A stretch of DNA of 64,000 nucleotides from Macrostomum hystrix (Eukaryota > Animalia > Platyhelminthes): positions 9,858,001 through 9,922,000 of the forward strand of contig CATNEN010000001.1 of assembly GCA_950097015.1 (NCBI GenBank), written 5' to 3'. The translations under genes were made by a program, and so were the position numbers. A model generated the notes under the pieces. It had not been told where the DNA came from. It worked only from the letters and a program-made list of their open reading frames with translations, and searched no databases. Below, in pieces: positions 51,490 through 63,269 of the stretch. The stretch's first letter is position 1; every line of letters starts with the position of its first letter.

Positions 51490-52950
51490 ACCCGAGTAAG
51501 TCGTCAGCTGAGCTGCAGACGGGCTGAGAGACGGTGAACCGTGTAGGACAGTCTTGAAGGTGCGCTCTGATACTAGAGACACGGACGCGCCTGTGTCGAT
51601 TTCCATCAGACATGGGTGACCTCCGATGTAGACCGTCGTAGTGATGGGTGGCACGCTTTTGCTGGCTGGGGTCGCCGAGCCCAGTTGATGCAGGCAGTAC
51701 GACTCCTGATCTGGCCCTGGCACTGTCTGCTGCTCCTCAAGAACTTGATTGGCCACGTGCTGATGTTGTTTCCTGCAAGCCCTGGCAGTGTGTCCAGTTC
51801 TCCGGCACTTGAAACATTCCTTATTGATGAACGGGCACTTCTGGTGGTGATGTTTCGATGACAAGCATCTGCCACATTTCTTGTGCTCAGATGGCTTTGT
51901 CTGCTGAATCTTCAGGACAGAATTTTCGCCCTTGCCTTCCTCTGAGCTTCCAGAGGCTGCTTCAAAAAGCTTGCTGTTGCTCATAGCTGATTCGTGAGCC
52001 AAAGCAATTTCCGTGGCCGTCTTCAGTTGCAGCTTTGACTCCGAGAGCAACCGCGCTGAATCTGCAGGTCGTTGATGCCGCACACAAGCCGGTCTCGCAG
52101 CATGTCGTCGAGGCTGTTACCATAGTTGCAGTGCTCACTTAGCTTCCGCAGTTCTGCCAGGTAGGTTGATACCGACTCGCCCAGCTTCCGAATACTGTTG
52201 TTGAAATTGAATCGCTGAACAATCTCGGACGGCTTGGGGCAGTAGTGGTTCTTGAGCAACTCGCACACTCTGAATAGCTTTTCTCTGCGACTTTCGATGG
52301 TGAGCACAGATTCCGAGCAATTTGAAACGCCTGACGACCGCAAACGCTGAGTAGCACGGCCCTCTTCTTTTCTTCTGAGCTGACGCCTTGAGCTTCAAAG
52401 TACTGTTCTAGACGTTCCTGGTACTCCGTCCAGCTCTCCTCTTTCTCATCGAAAGCCTCAAAAGCATGGGTTGTTGCTGACATCCTCGTCGCCAGTGAAA
52501 CAACTTGATTTACGATTGAGCTAGCCAAAAGGTCCGAACGCGACAGGACCAAAGTAAGGTTAATATATATTGTTTAACGAAGTGAAATAGAGCGAACAAA
52601 TAACAATCGATATAGCGAAGGAATAAAATAATACCGTTTACATTGAAGCATGTACACGCACATGTACATTAAGTATTGTACGCAGAGAACAGAATACAGA
52701 GTGCGCGCACACAACGAAAATAAAACTTTGACGCAGCCACCCCAAAACGCCACGCAGCGTGAAGCCAAAGCCTCACCCCACCACACCATGTAAATGCATT
52801 GGTGGATTCTGCCGCAGGGAAAGCCGTGGCAGTTCCGGGGAGGTCCAGGCGGATTTGTTAAAAATAGAATCAAGGGTAGTGTTTTTATCGTTAAGAGAGT
52901 ATTTATTTAAGACTAATAGGCATTTCGTCACGGAAGTTTGACCTGCTACC

Positions 52951-53403
52951 ATGGATCTTAGCGACGGCTTCAAAGTTCAAGTGCAGGAGTATGAAGGCAA
53001 TATATTCATCGCTATCCGGCGCTTCTACTCTTCTGATGGGGAGCTGAAGCCTGGAATCCCGGGATTCAACTTGAACGTACACCAATGGGAGAAGCTGAAG
53101 CAGCTAAGGCGCCAACTCGTGCAGCCTGCAGTCAACCGACAAAACGTCACTGCCAAGCTGGGCTCCGACAAGCTCGTAGAAGTCAAGCGAGGAGTCATCT
53201 GGCTCAAGCGACTGCCGGAGGACTGCACGGAGGATTTCCTGAGACGGAATTCGATCGAGATGACTCCCCGTCTGTGGCGAGCGCTGTGGTGCCATGTCGA
53301 CCGGATCAGTAGTGAGCTGAGAGGAAAGTCACCGGAGTGCGAGTACGAGCTGGACCCTCAGGACAGAGCCGGACATCAAGAATCGGGCGGGCCAACACTC
53401 TAG
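52951..53403 (+). CDS. PC4/Sub1-like ssDNA-binding protein (probably Maverick-associated)
   Basis: VQVQEYEGNIFIAIRRFYSSDGELKPGIPGFNLNVHQWEKL resembles the PC4 domain. Confidence 0.65.
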   Translation: MDLSDGFKVQVQEYEGNIFIAIRRFYSSDGELKPGIPGFNLNVHQWEKLKQLRRQLVQPAVNRQNVTAKLGSDKLVEVKRGVIWLKRLPEDCTEDFLRRNSIEMTPRLWRALWCHVDRISSELRGKSPECEYELDPQDRAGHQESGGPTL

Positions 53404-53947
53404 TGAGGATGCGGACGACGAGAAGACGCTGCTGATTTCCGAGTCAGACAACGCAACCTCCGAACCGCTTCCAGCTGCAGCCCAACTGTCGACGCCCAAA
53501 GCATTCGGCTGCATCCCACAGCGGTACCGGCCCGTGCGGCTGCGGGTCTCAGTGTCAACTGCTTGATCGGAAGCCGCAAGCGCAAGCGGCTATAGCCTCT
53601 GCGTAGGAGCGATGCGATCAAGTTTCCGAAGCTGACGGACGACTCAGATGAAAACAAGGACAACGAGTGAATTTCCAAGTGACAGTACATGCATCAAATA
53701 ATTTCTAAATTCATTCATTTGGTCAAATGCGCACTAAGCTTATTATCTATCCAGCCATATTTCAGCAATATAGGCTACAGTGTAATTTTGCTCTGTGCTT
53801 CTCGCAAAGCTAATTTAACTGTCTTTTTTGGTTTTATTGCTCGGTATATGTATCAAGACATTTTATAAACTAGATTGTGTCAATACAACTTAAGAAAGTT
53901 GCTAAAGACAAATAATATTGATTCTGACATCCTCTTCATGTTGGAAA

Positions 53948-55000
53948 ATGGAAAAGCTTTACTACAATCCCGCTCAGCCGGCCAGTTTCTCAGGTGCATC
54001 AAAGTTGCAGCGGCAACTAGGGAAAAATAATGAGGGGAAATCTAGAAAATACATTGAGCTGTGGTTAACTGAACAGCCCGTGCACACACTACACAGGTCG
54101 GCTAGAAGGCGCTATCCCAGAGCACCAATCATAGTGAGAGCGATAGATGACCAGTGGGAGCTTGACCTGGTCGAGATGATCCCATTCGCCAAGTACAACA
54201 AAGGCTACAAGTACATCCTCACATGCATTGACGTGTTGTCTAAATCAGCATGGGCCAAGCCGTTAAAGAACAAATCAGCTGCAGAAGTAAAGTCTGCATT
54301 CGAGAGCATTTTGAGATGCTCAAAGCGCCAGCCTCGCACAGTCCGCACAGATCAGGGAAAAGAATTCATCAACAATTTTAGGCAGGTCTGCATACAGCGG
54401 GGAATCCTGGCCTTCAAAACTAACAGTGAGCAGAAAGCTGCAGTAATTGAGCGATGGAACAGAACTTTGAAGAGTAAGATGTGGAAATATTTCACTCACA
54501 AGAGCACAGTGCTCTGGATTGATGTGCTGCCTAAGCTGGTGAAATCATACAACAATACTTACCACAGAAGCATCAAAATGGCACCGACAAGTGTCTGCAA
54601 ACAGAATGAGTCTGAGGTGTGGATGAATCTGTACGATGGAAAGGCAATTGAGACTGTACAGGGACCCAAGAAGCCGAAGTTCTGTGAGAATTTCAAATGC
54701 ACCCAGGCTGTTCCGAAAGGGTTACAAGGCCAACTGGAGCGAGGAGGTATACACTGTAGTGTGCAGGGCACCAAAGCACTACCCGTACATGTACAAGATC
54801 CGAGACATGAAGGGTGAGGAGATTCGCGGACTCTCACGAGTATGAGCTGCAGGCTGTTCCGGACTCACAGCGGCTGTATATATGTCATTGAGAAGGTTTT
54901 GAAGTCAGAAAAGCGCAATGGGAAAATCCGCTATCTTGTCAAGTGGGCTGGCTACAACTCCACAGGCTGGGTGGATGAAAAGGACTTAAAAAAGGTTAGA
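53948..55000 (+). pseudogene. Maverick c-integrase with C-terminal chromodomain, frameshifted
   Basis: LYYNPAQPASFSG, WELDLVEM, CIDVLSK, RTDQGKEF, IERWNRTLK, YNNTYHRSIKMAP, FRKGYKANWSEEVY, IEKVLK...YLVKWAGY. Confidence 0.9.
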
Positions 55001-55038
55001 TAAGCTGCAGATAAAATAATCAGATATAATGAGAAACA

Positions 55039-55712
55039 TTGTCATCAACAGCAACCATGGTGAAGGTATTTCTAGTGATTTTCATTTTTATCTTGCTTCA
55101 CCTGGATCGAAATGTGGACTATGAGGCAGCTCTTGTGGAAATCCATCTACCTGCTGCATGTTTCAATCTTGACGAACCTTACTGCATCTCTGTCTCAGAT
55201 GGAAGAGAGCATGAAACCCTGGTTCTTCAACCTGGACGCTTTGGCAGAGTGGAAGAACTGGTGGAGTCTTTGAATGAGCTGCTAGCCAACTCGCAGCTGC
55301 AGTTCTTTGATGCTAGAAGTGATGGAGATGCTGCAATGGAGGCTGATCAGTCAGGTCTGATGGGACATTCTGCACCTGCTGCGGACAATGGAATAAGGTG
55401 TAAAATTGAAGGCTCAAGGACAGTGGTGCAGAATAACACAGCTCAGGCGGAGCTGTATCTCCCGCCTCACCGGATTCTGCAGTGGCTTGGATTCGGAAGC
55501 CAAGGATTAAAAACTCCCACGCCAATAAAATCCAAAGCGCTCAGTCGGACAAGTGCGGCCTGTTTTGTGTCTACTTTGCCCACCAGAGGCTAGCTTTGAA
55601 GCGGTCCTTCCTGGGTATTCTCACGAGTCTTCATGCAAAGGAGAAATGCCACCTGAACGATAAAGTACTCAGGCAATTTGAAGTTTGCTTAAGAAAAAGC
55701 CAGAAGTCTTGA
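55039..55712 (+). pseudogene. Fused Maverick fragments: possible minor-capsid-like N-terminus and adenain-like cysteine protease C-terminus
   Basis: DYEAALVEIHLP motif, then IQSAQSDKCGLFCVYF (Q...CG.FC protease motif) in another frame. Confidence 0.6.
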
Positions 55713-55738
55713 GTATATTCTGAAAGTCTATTGTAGAG

Positions 55739-56377
55739 ATGGAATCTCATAAGAAATCATGCTACGATGTTCGCCTGCGTCAGGGCCGCTGCATGATTGT
55801 CAGCGGTCCCACAAATGCGGGAAAGACAACCTTTGTGAAGCATCTAATTCAGTATAGGGAAGTCCTATTCGACATTCAACCTGGCAGAGTGCTGTTACTA
55901 CGGGATTCCACAGCCGACGCATGCTGAGCTAAGCAGCCACTTGCAGCAGGGATTCCCCTCCAACTTTGAGACAGCACTCAAACCCAATGACCTGGTTGTG
56001 TTTGACGACTTGATTGACGAAAGCTTAAGTTCTAATTCAATGCGAAATATCTTTACTGGAATAGCCCATCATCTGCCCTGCTTTCTGGTGATGCTGACTC
56101 AGAACATGTTTTTCAAGGGAAAGGAGTTGTGGACGATGAGTTTGAATGCCATGTACTTCGTAATCATGAAGAACCCCAGAGATTAGCTGCAGATTTCCAC
56201 ATTGGGCAGGCAGTGCTTTCCCGAGAAGCCGAGTTTTCTGCTTGCGGTGTTCAAGCATGTCACATCGCAGGGCAGGGGGCATATCTGTTTCTGAATTTCC
56301 ACCCGTCCACCCCCGATGAGCTGCGAGTCCGAGCGCGAGTTCTGGCCAATCAGCGCCCCCATCTGGTCTATGCTTAA
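55739..56377 (+). pseudogene. Maverick packaging ATPase (A32/FtsK-like), disrupted
   Basis: Walker A GPTNAGKT, Walker B VVFDDL, MLTQN, SLNAMYFVIMKNPRD; split by frameshifts and stops. Confidence 0.85.
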
Positions 56378-56428
56378 GAATGGATCAGTTGTGCTCATCC
56401 TGGTCATTCAAACAAAGAAAAAATTTTT

Positions 56429-56752
56429 ATGGAAGTGTTTGATTGCCATCGAAGTTTGTTTGAAGTCCTAGCCTCACATGCTAAATACACTATTCGCCTC
56501 AAGCGCGTGTTAATAAAAGAAAGCCCAAAAGAAGTTGGAATTTTCCTTGCTGAAGCCTGCCAAAATCTGCTACAAGACAATTTACCATTCTCACCTCAAG
56601 AAAAGGCTGTACTTAAAAAATCTAAGGAAATTATCCGCAGAATCCATGCAAAGAAAAGAAAGGCTGATTTGCTGACTGCTGCTTTCATCAAGATTCTTCC
56701 AGTTCTGCTGAAACTTGTGAAGAAGAGGAGGGCAAATGCACAAATTCAATGA
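56429..56752 (+). CDS. Small basic Maverick-associated hypothetical protein
   Basis: 107-aa ORF after the ATPase with EACQNLL...P...K..LKK pattern. Confidence 0.5.
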   Translation: MEVFDCHRSLFEVLASHAKYTIRLKRVLIKESPKEVGIFLAEACQNLLQDNLPFSPQEKAVLKKSKEIIRRIHAKKRKADLLTAAFIKILPVLLKLVKKRRANAQIQ

Positions 56753-57806
56753 AATGGTTTTAATTGCGAAATCAGAGTATGAAATGCTGACACAGAGTGC
56801 AAAGCCCACTGAGTCTGTAACTGATGCGGCCATGAAACAGGCGCAGATGAAGTGTGATGAAATTCTGCTCGCTGAAGATTGTCCTGACGATGTGAAGACT
56901 GCCATGTACCAGCACTAGTCGAACGAAATTCCGAATATTGTAAGATTCTTGCCAATCGTCTTGACAAATCTTGTAATAAAAGTGCAACGATTGCAAGCAG
57001 TCTTGCAAGGAGAATTACAATTATTGTAATTATTTCGTAAGCCAGATTGCAACAATCGCAATTTCTGCAAGTGAACTTGTAATTGTCTTGTAAGACGGAT
57101 TGCAATTTTCGCAATACATTTAAGACTGAATGAGCTTCAAATTTCAGAATTATTTTCAGTGAAACTGCTCACGTAAGTATACAACAATACAAAGGCTGCA
57201 AAATTATTGTTGCTCTTCACCGCCAGTAAGTATCGGAGATACTAGAAGCCTGTTCGTGCTTCAAAGTTTTAACACAATAGAAATAATATCGAGATTTGAG
57301 AACTCGCTTAGCTTTTATACGAATAAATCGGCTTAGTAACGCTGATATATTAACCTATAAGAAATCTAAATTGAAATGATTATCAATAAGGAACGAGAAA
57401 ACATGGACTTAACACATTTACTCCATTGTCTTACACACAAAGTGTAAAACACCAGTAGGAAATTAATATTTTCCTAACTTTCACAAATCGGAAATTAATA
57501 TGATGAAAGTTTTATTTTCTTAACCGAATGCACCCAGCAATTAACAGTTTCACTTCTGCAAGAAGTGGGCAGGGCAACAGGGAGGGCATGGGAGGGCAAC
57601 AAGGAGGGCATGGGACGGCAACATAGACAATATTGGCCTGATAGACAATATGCTAGAGATACGATCGCAATTAGCACTCTAGAACTCCATGTATTGCAAA
57701 TAGGTAGTACCTAATAGGCAGGGAAAACCCGTGGAAATTTCGTTATTCTGCAAATCAAGCTTCAATTGTAAGTCTAAGCATGCAGGCACTAATGTCTCCC
57801 TTGATA

Positions 57807-58070
57807 CCCCAGTGTCTCCCCTGCTACCCCGCTGTCTCCCCTGCTACCCCAGTGTCTCCCCTGCTACCCCAGTGTCTCCCCTGCTACCCAGTGTCTCCCC
57901 TGCTACCCCAGTGTCTCCCCTGCTACCCAGTGTCTCCCCTGCTACCCCAGTGTCTCCCCTGCTACCCAGTGTCTCCCCTGCTACCCCGCTGTCTCCCCTG
58001 CTACCCCAGTGTCTCCCCTGCTACCCCAGTGTCTCCCCTGCTACCCCGCTGTCTCCCCTGCTACCCCAGT
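57807..58070. repeat. 20/21-bp minisatellite (ccccagtgtctcccctgcta)
   Basis: Tandem copies visible. Confidence 0.95.
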
Positions 58071-58111
58071 TTTCTGCAAAAATTACTGTCACGGGTTGGA
58101 TTGCAAAGATT

Positions 58112-59208
58112 TTATTGTCCAGAGTTCAGCGGCTCGTTTTCGTTCGCCGTAGACGAAGGCCGGCAGATGTCACGCAGATACTGGTTGACACTCCCTTCAA
58201 CGGACTTCCAAACGCACTTAGGAAATTTGGCCATAACCGCACTGTAAACATCCTGATAGTCCCCTTTGGAGAAGATCTGGCGGTTTGTCTTGCGCTTGCT
58301 GGAGAGCAGCATTCCATGCAACTCGCCTTTGCCATGAACAACTGTGACGAATTTCCGAGCAAACGAGTTGGGATCCGAGCAATTGATAATCGATAAATCG
58401 ATTATCTTTCCATTATGACACTCGAACTCCGTGACGTCTTCACCTGTAGTAACAGTGCCGGCGCTGTCCGAAGCGCGATGCAGAAGAGCATCAAGAAGCC
58501 GATTCGCTCGCTTTTGCTCCTTAAGCATTGCACGTAAAAGTAATGTCTCGGTCTTCCGATCCTCCAGTGGCTGAAGCCCTCTTGGCGTCGACGCCGGCTG
58601 AATAGCGCCTGCATTGGAGACAGACGTAGATGAAGTTTCAAGGCCGGTTTCCAAGCGGTGACTGACGTACAGCGGTTACTTTTGCTGCCTCTCTAACAGA
58701 TGGATTGCTAGAGGCGATTGGCGGTGGTTTTCCTGGACGCTTTGGGATAGTGCCCACGTCAGACTCGGAACTGGTATCGTTGTCTGTTTCAGCGTCAGCG
58801 TCAACACCGGCATCAGCAGCATTACTTGAGTGATGTTGCACGGAATGGTCAATAGCATCCGTGAAGAGATCTAACTTGAGGACGGTATCAGTATCAACAA
58901 TTTCTAGTTCCTCGATAGCTTGGTCCAAAGTCCTTGAGGCTTGCATGAGTCGCTTTAGCGTACCACGAGCTAGAAGCACAGCCTTCTCAGACTTTGCCCC
59001 ATTTCGAAGCGTCACTGACTGTCCTATCTTCAATAGAAGCCTTGACGTCAGTCGGAATTGATTGCAGCGCAGTAGCATTAGCAGAAAAAACCTGCGAGTA
59101 CACACCGCTGCCAGTGTACCAGAACAGAAAGTAATCCCTGCAGTCGTCTTGATGCAACAGACGGTTCACAGGATCAACGTTTCGACGGCCACCAAGTCCT
59201 CGCGACAT
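58112..59208 (-). pseudogene. Frameshifted accessory gene with possible C-terminal BEN-like domain
   Basis: Three overlapping minus-strand ORFs; C-terminal ARKFVTVVH...EL...VNQYLRDICR resembles BEN domains; lies downstream of the EnSpm transposase. Confidence 0.45.
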
Positions 59209-59970
59209 CGCTGAAAAATAGCAAAGGATTTGCTGTTGTATAAGTTAAAATCGAAGGTCTTCAGACTTTAAATGGCTCTCAAAGAATTCATGATCAAAAT
59301 ACTATTTGCATTCTGCACCAGAAGAAAGTACTCGTAAAATAAAAAGTCTGTTGCTTTTGGATTCCAGAAGAAAACTTATCGAATTCAACTATAAATAAAT
59401 TACCACAACCTACGAGTATACATGAACTAAATAATTTCGGTAAGCCTGCATCCATATAAGTATAACTTCAACCAACATTGTCAATTGAAAGTGGTATGTA
59501 GATTACAATGTTCCATAATCATACTTGTTACGATAGTCCGATATCCAATATCCACTTATCTAGATGACAATTGGCGTAAGTAATAAATCCTGCGAATTTA
59601 CTATATTTTTCCATTGCTCATGTCCTATGATATTACAATTAGAAAGATGATAGGAGGAAGGATTAGATATGAAAAAGTTCTTACTGATCTACCCATGAGT
59701 GAAATTGAGACTAAAATTCTTTCTTTTATTAATTGCAACTCAAAGCATCAATTTCCCAGTTACTGTTGTTTGGCAGTCACTGACTAACTGATCTGTATAT
59801 GCAGCTAGTTTTCCAGAAGTTGGTACAAGGATGCGACCATAACTATTTGGAACAACAAGCTTATATTCAATTGGCAGAACTTTACATAATGGGTAAAATA
59901 AATTAGCAAGGAGTAGTAACGCGGCCAGAATTAATGGGAGCGTAAGCGCAAAATACGGTTACATACAGCA

Positions 59971-60994
59971 TTACATGTGCTCAAAGATGGAGCACACAGG
60001 GACGATAAAATTGTATGGTTCAGAGCGAATGTTATGAGGCATGTGCAGACACAAAGAATTTAGATTGGAGGCAGTAATAGAAATGCCTTGCGCAATTACA
60101 TTATCTAAGTATACAAATTCGTTTTCGTGCTTCTGAACAATGCAACGGATGTTTGGTTTTAGAAAACTGATATCAACTAATTGCAAAATAGACTTTACAC
60201 GATAGATATCTACGGTTGCGTAAATAATCCCGTCAATAGTATTGAACGAGCATATGCGACCATAGTGCAATTTTCTGCTGTAGAAAAAAGTACAGTAATG
60301 GTTGCAGCAATGCTGCGCGCGTTGATAGGAAACAGAATGGTACACAAATCCTTTATACATGCATCGATGCTTACCAATTAGCTTTGGAGATTAAGCAAAA
60401 TTAAGCAAAACTTTGTGTAGCATCAACCTTCCAGCAATCTGGTTCAGATGGCCGCGTGTTCTTTGAAAAAACTTCTTGATTTGGACAAAGCGTGACTCAA
60501 ATGAAAACATTGAGTAGAAGGGCAGGGCACCATGTGCTGTAATCTGATCTTTCAAATGCGTGAGTAAGTGAACGTTCAATGTTGCAAAGCGTTCTCCATA
60601 TATGGACTCAACTTTTGAAATATAGAAGTGAAATAGTGCGTCAATGTCAGAAACATGTTCACGTGCCTGCGGATTATTGGCTAAGCGAGATGCAAGCACA
60701 AAAGAATATAGGTGAAAAAACTGTTCGCGAGGCAAGATGTCGACGAACACTATAACACTGAGATACAACATAAATGTCTTAAAGTCGTGACCCTTCCACA
60801 CAGAAAAGCTGGAAATATCTGGGACAGCTAGAAATCCGGCTGGATAGGGAACTTTCTGCAAAAATCGATTAACAGCTTCTTTTGCGTTATTACCAATAGC
60901 ATATGAAACTGAACGACGATCGTCGAAAATTCCAGTAAGCATGCTCTTTCCACAGTTCTCATACAACAAATGAAGACCATCCAAAAGACAATCG
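59971..60994 (-). pseudogene. EnSpm/CACTA-like transposase C-terminal half
   Basis: DGLHLLYEN, WKGHDFKTFMLY, NVHLLTHL..Q...HG.L..YSMFSFES, YHSVSYQR motifs; upstream part interrupted by an LTR. Confidence 0.8.
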
Positions 60995-61319
60995 TGTAAT
61001 AAAAAGAATGTCCTAGCTGGAGCGAGAGGAATTTTAAAGCTAGCGACTATTCACTATTCACCGGGGCAACGACAATCAAAGAAATTATAAAAATTACAAA
61101 TAGCAACAACAACGGGACAATGCAACTGTGACACACGGCAACAATACAAGAACGCAGTAACTTCTCAAAAATAGCGGAGCATTATTCTGACAACAAGTTT
61201 TACCAGCAATTTGAAATTAAGCGATAGAAGCAAGAAAATGAACGTATTTTACAATAACCGACACGGCGACAATAACTAATAATGCACGGCACAATAAACT
61301 AAAAATCGAACATGATACA
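60995..61319 (-). repeat. 3' LTR (325 bp) of a second Gypsy element
   Basis: Starts TGTATCATG directly after the PPT ggaggggggaggtggtgagag; ends ...TTATTACA where the transposase frame resumes. Confidence 0.8.
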
Positions 61320-61779
61320 CTCTCACCACCTCCCCCCTCCTAAAAGAGGTGGAGTAGGGGTCTTCACTGTTTTCTTGACAGCGGAAACTGATAAATTCAA
61401 GACAATAATTCGTAAAGGACTCTCCAAGCACGGCGAACAGAACTCAGACTCTACGACTTAGACAAGGCTCAATTTTCCTCTTTATTTGTCGCAATCATTG
61501 CCTTGCAATGATGGGTTAATCGATGAACTATAAATTAATGCTCTAGGACGTAATTCGGTACATAATTCGCGCTTTATAGCTACGGTGCAGTTTAACGTCT
61601 TGCCTCCAGGACGTTTAGTTACGGAATTTTAACTAAAAAACAGCTCTTCATTTCCATTGTAATTCCTTCAGCACCGTTGTGCGGTCCTTAAGTTAGATCA
61701 ATATGTATATTTTTCAATTACCGACTGGCGAGAAATTTTCATTCGACACACTCACATCTGTCAATCGCAATTCGCGTCC

Positions 61780-62679
61780 TTATTGCAGCCGCTTGGCCCC
61801 GGGCGCCGGCGCGTGCATATAAACGCACTCAAACCGATCGCCCCGCGTGTCGCGGTCGACCCGAAATCCTACCGCGCTGCGGACCGTCACTGAGCCGTCC
61901 TTTTCCTGTTGCCGGCGGTAGCCCTCATTGAACAGTGACTGGCACTCGGTCCTGTCGAGGGTTCCACGCATGTGGGACATCGAGAACCGGTCCTGGCCCG
62001 GCGGGCCCGACGGTTGCGCCCGAACCGGTGTTGGTGGTGGTGGCGCGGCGGCACGTGGTCCCGGGCCCCACCCAGTCAGAGGCACCAGTTCCTGCTCGCA
62101 CGCTGTCCGGATAAGATCGATAGCCTCGTTCGTCATGCGTCGCCGCGGTGTGAAAGCTACCGCTGCACTGACAGCCTCGCTCAGCGTCCGCTGGAGGTCG
62201 GGGAACGGCACACCGGCGCGTTGTCCTCGAGTCCGATCCCGACGGATCGCCGTCCGCATGTTTGACACGGCTTTCTGACGTCCCTGGAAGGCGCCGTCAC
62301 CGTTGCCGTAGTGGGACCACTCGTTTCGAATGAATGCCTTTAGGGACTGGAACACATTGCGCCGTGCAGCGTCGATGGCCTCCGGCTGAGGCGCCACCGC
62401 TCTCTCCTCGCGGCGCTGTTCTCGACGTTCCCGTTGAAATTTCGCAGCGCGCTGTTGGCGTCGCTCCCTTCGCGTCAGCCTGGGCACTATTTCTGCGGGC
62501 CCCTCGTTAGTGACGTCGACGACGCTCATCGGTTCGTCGGCACACAGGTCCAGAATGTCGGCCGGGTCACATGTCATGGACCCAACGTCGGCGATTTCTC
62601 CGTCCTCTAGGTCGGCCAAGGCTGCAATGCGGGTGTAGTTCATGCTATAAGCTACAGGCAACGCGACCCGTGCCATCAT
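61780..62679 (-). CDS. Extra 299-aa ORF in the env position of the Gypsy element, function unknown
   Basis: Intact GC-rich ORF between the pol stop and the PPT; Arg-rich; no obvious TM segment. Confidence 0.65.
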   Translation of the reverse strand: MMARVALPVAYSMNYTRIAALADLEDGEIADVGSMTCDPADILDLCADEPMSVVDVTNEGPAEIVPRLTRRERRQQRAAKFQRERREQRREERAVAPQPEAIDAARRNVFQSLKAFIRNEWSHYGNGDGAFQGRQKAVSNMRTAIRRDRTRGQRAGVPFPDLQRTLSEAVSAAVAFTPRRRMTNEAIDLIRTACEQELVPLTGWGPGPRAAAPPPPTPVRAQPSGPPGQDRFSMSHMRGTLDRTECQSLFNEGYRRQQEKDGSVTVRSAVGFRVDRDTRGDRFECVYMHAPAPGAKRLQ

Positions 62680-63269
62680 ATAAGTTATTCCCGCATTTGA
62701 CTATAGTGCTCTTAAATGATCCAGTCTGATACAATATGTGTATTTGCCCGATTCCCTGGCAACCATCTTGAATTACTCTACTTCGGTACAGTTTAACGTC
62801 ATGTCCCGGGACGTTTAATATATGTAAGTAGTAATGAGTAGTAATTTACAACTCAACTTGCGTTGATCGTTAACTTTTCTGGTTGTGCTACGCGTCCATG
62901 GCAACCATCTGGAATGCCTTCTATTTTCTCCAGACTGCAGACTAAATCTGAGCCGAATTTTCATCTTAAATTATTCATAACTAGCACTGCAAGCTGGCCG
63001 ATCTTCCTGACCGCAGCTTTGCATGTAGCTGTATTATCCCAGTAATATTAGCATACCGTAACAATATCTCACAGTCACAACTCCCTTCGGATTCAAGTAA
63101 AATCTAAAACATGGGTCTGACACTGTCATAACTTAATTCTCAGTAGCCAAAATCGAAGCAATAAAATGGAGACAATTCCTTCAGTTAACTCTCTCACGTC
63201 TCACTTTCACTTTCTTGACATTGTAACCTTCATGGTCTCGGCGGATTTTTTTAGTCACTTAAGAAGATT

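Larger units (their letters stand above)
44800..52930 (-). mobile_element. Defective Ty3/Gypsy LTR retrotransposon (gag-PR-RT-RH-IN), interrupted by a LINE and 3'-truncated
   Basis: 5' LTR ends ...TTTCA at 52496 (LTR start approximate). PBS TGGCGACGAGGATG matches the tRNA-Ser(GCU) 3' end and contains the gag ATG (52483). Two CCHC knuckles, protease EIDTGAS, RT with FMDD, RNase H CDAS, integrase HVDYAGP/TDNGP/GLAER. Several frameshifts; no 3' LTR seen. Confidence 0.93.
52951..56912 (+). mobile_element. Degraded Maverick/Polinton remnant
   Basis: Co-oriented rve integrase + chromodomain, adenain-like protease fragment, packaging ATPase and small ORFs; no pPolB or major capsid recognised in the window. 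Confidence 0.85.
56913..60994 (-). mobile_element. EnSpm/CACTA-like DNA transposon (3' part)
   Basis: Terminus CACTAG at 56913 with tcttgcaa/ttgcaag subterminal repeats, truncating a Maverick ORF; transposase fragment and accessory ORF inside. Confidence 0.65.

Noticed and set aside
47385-51491. 1368-aa ORF boundaries as given in the ORF track
   Set aside because: The GTG start lies in the TSD/ribozyme junction, and the C-terminus is out of frame after a +1 frameshift; the likely true ORF is 51401-47453
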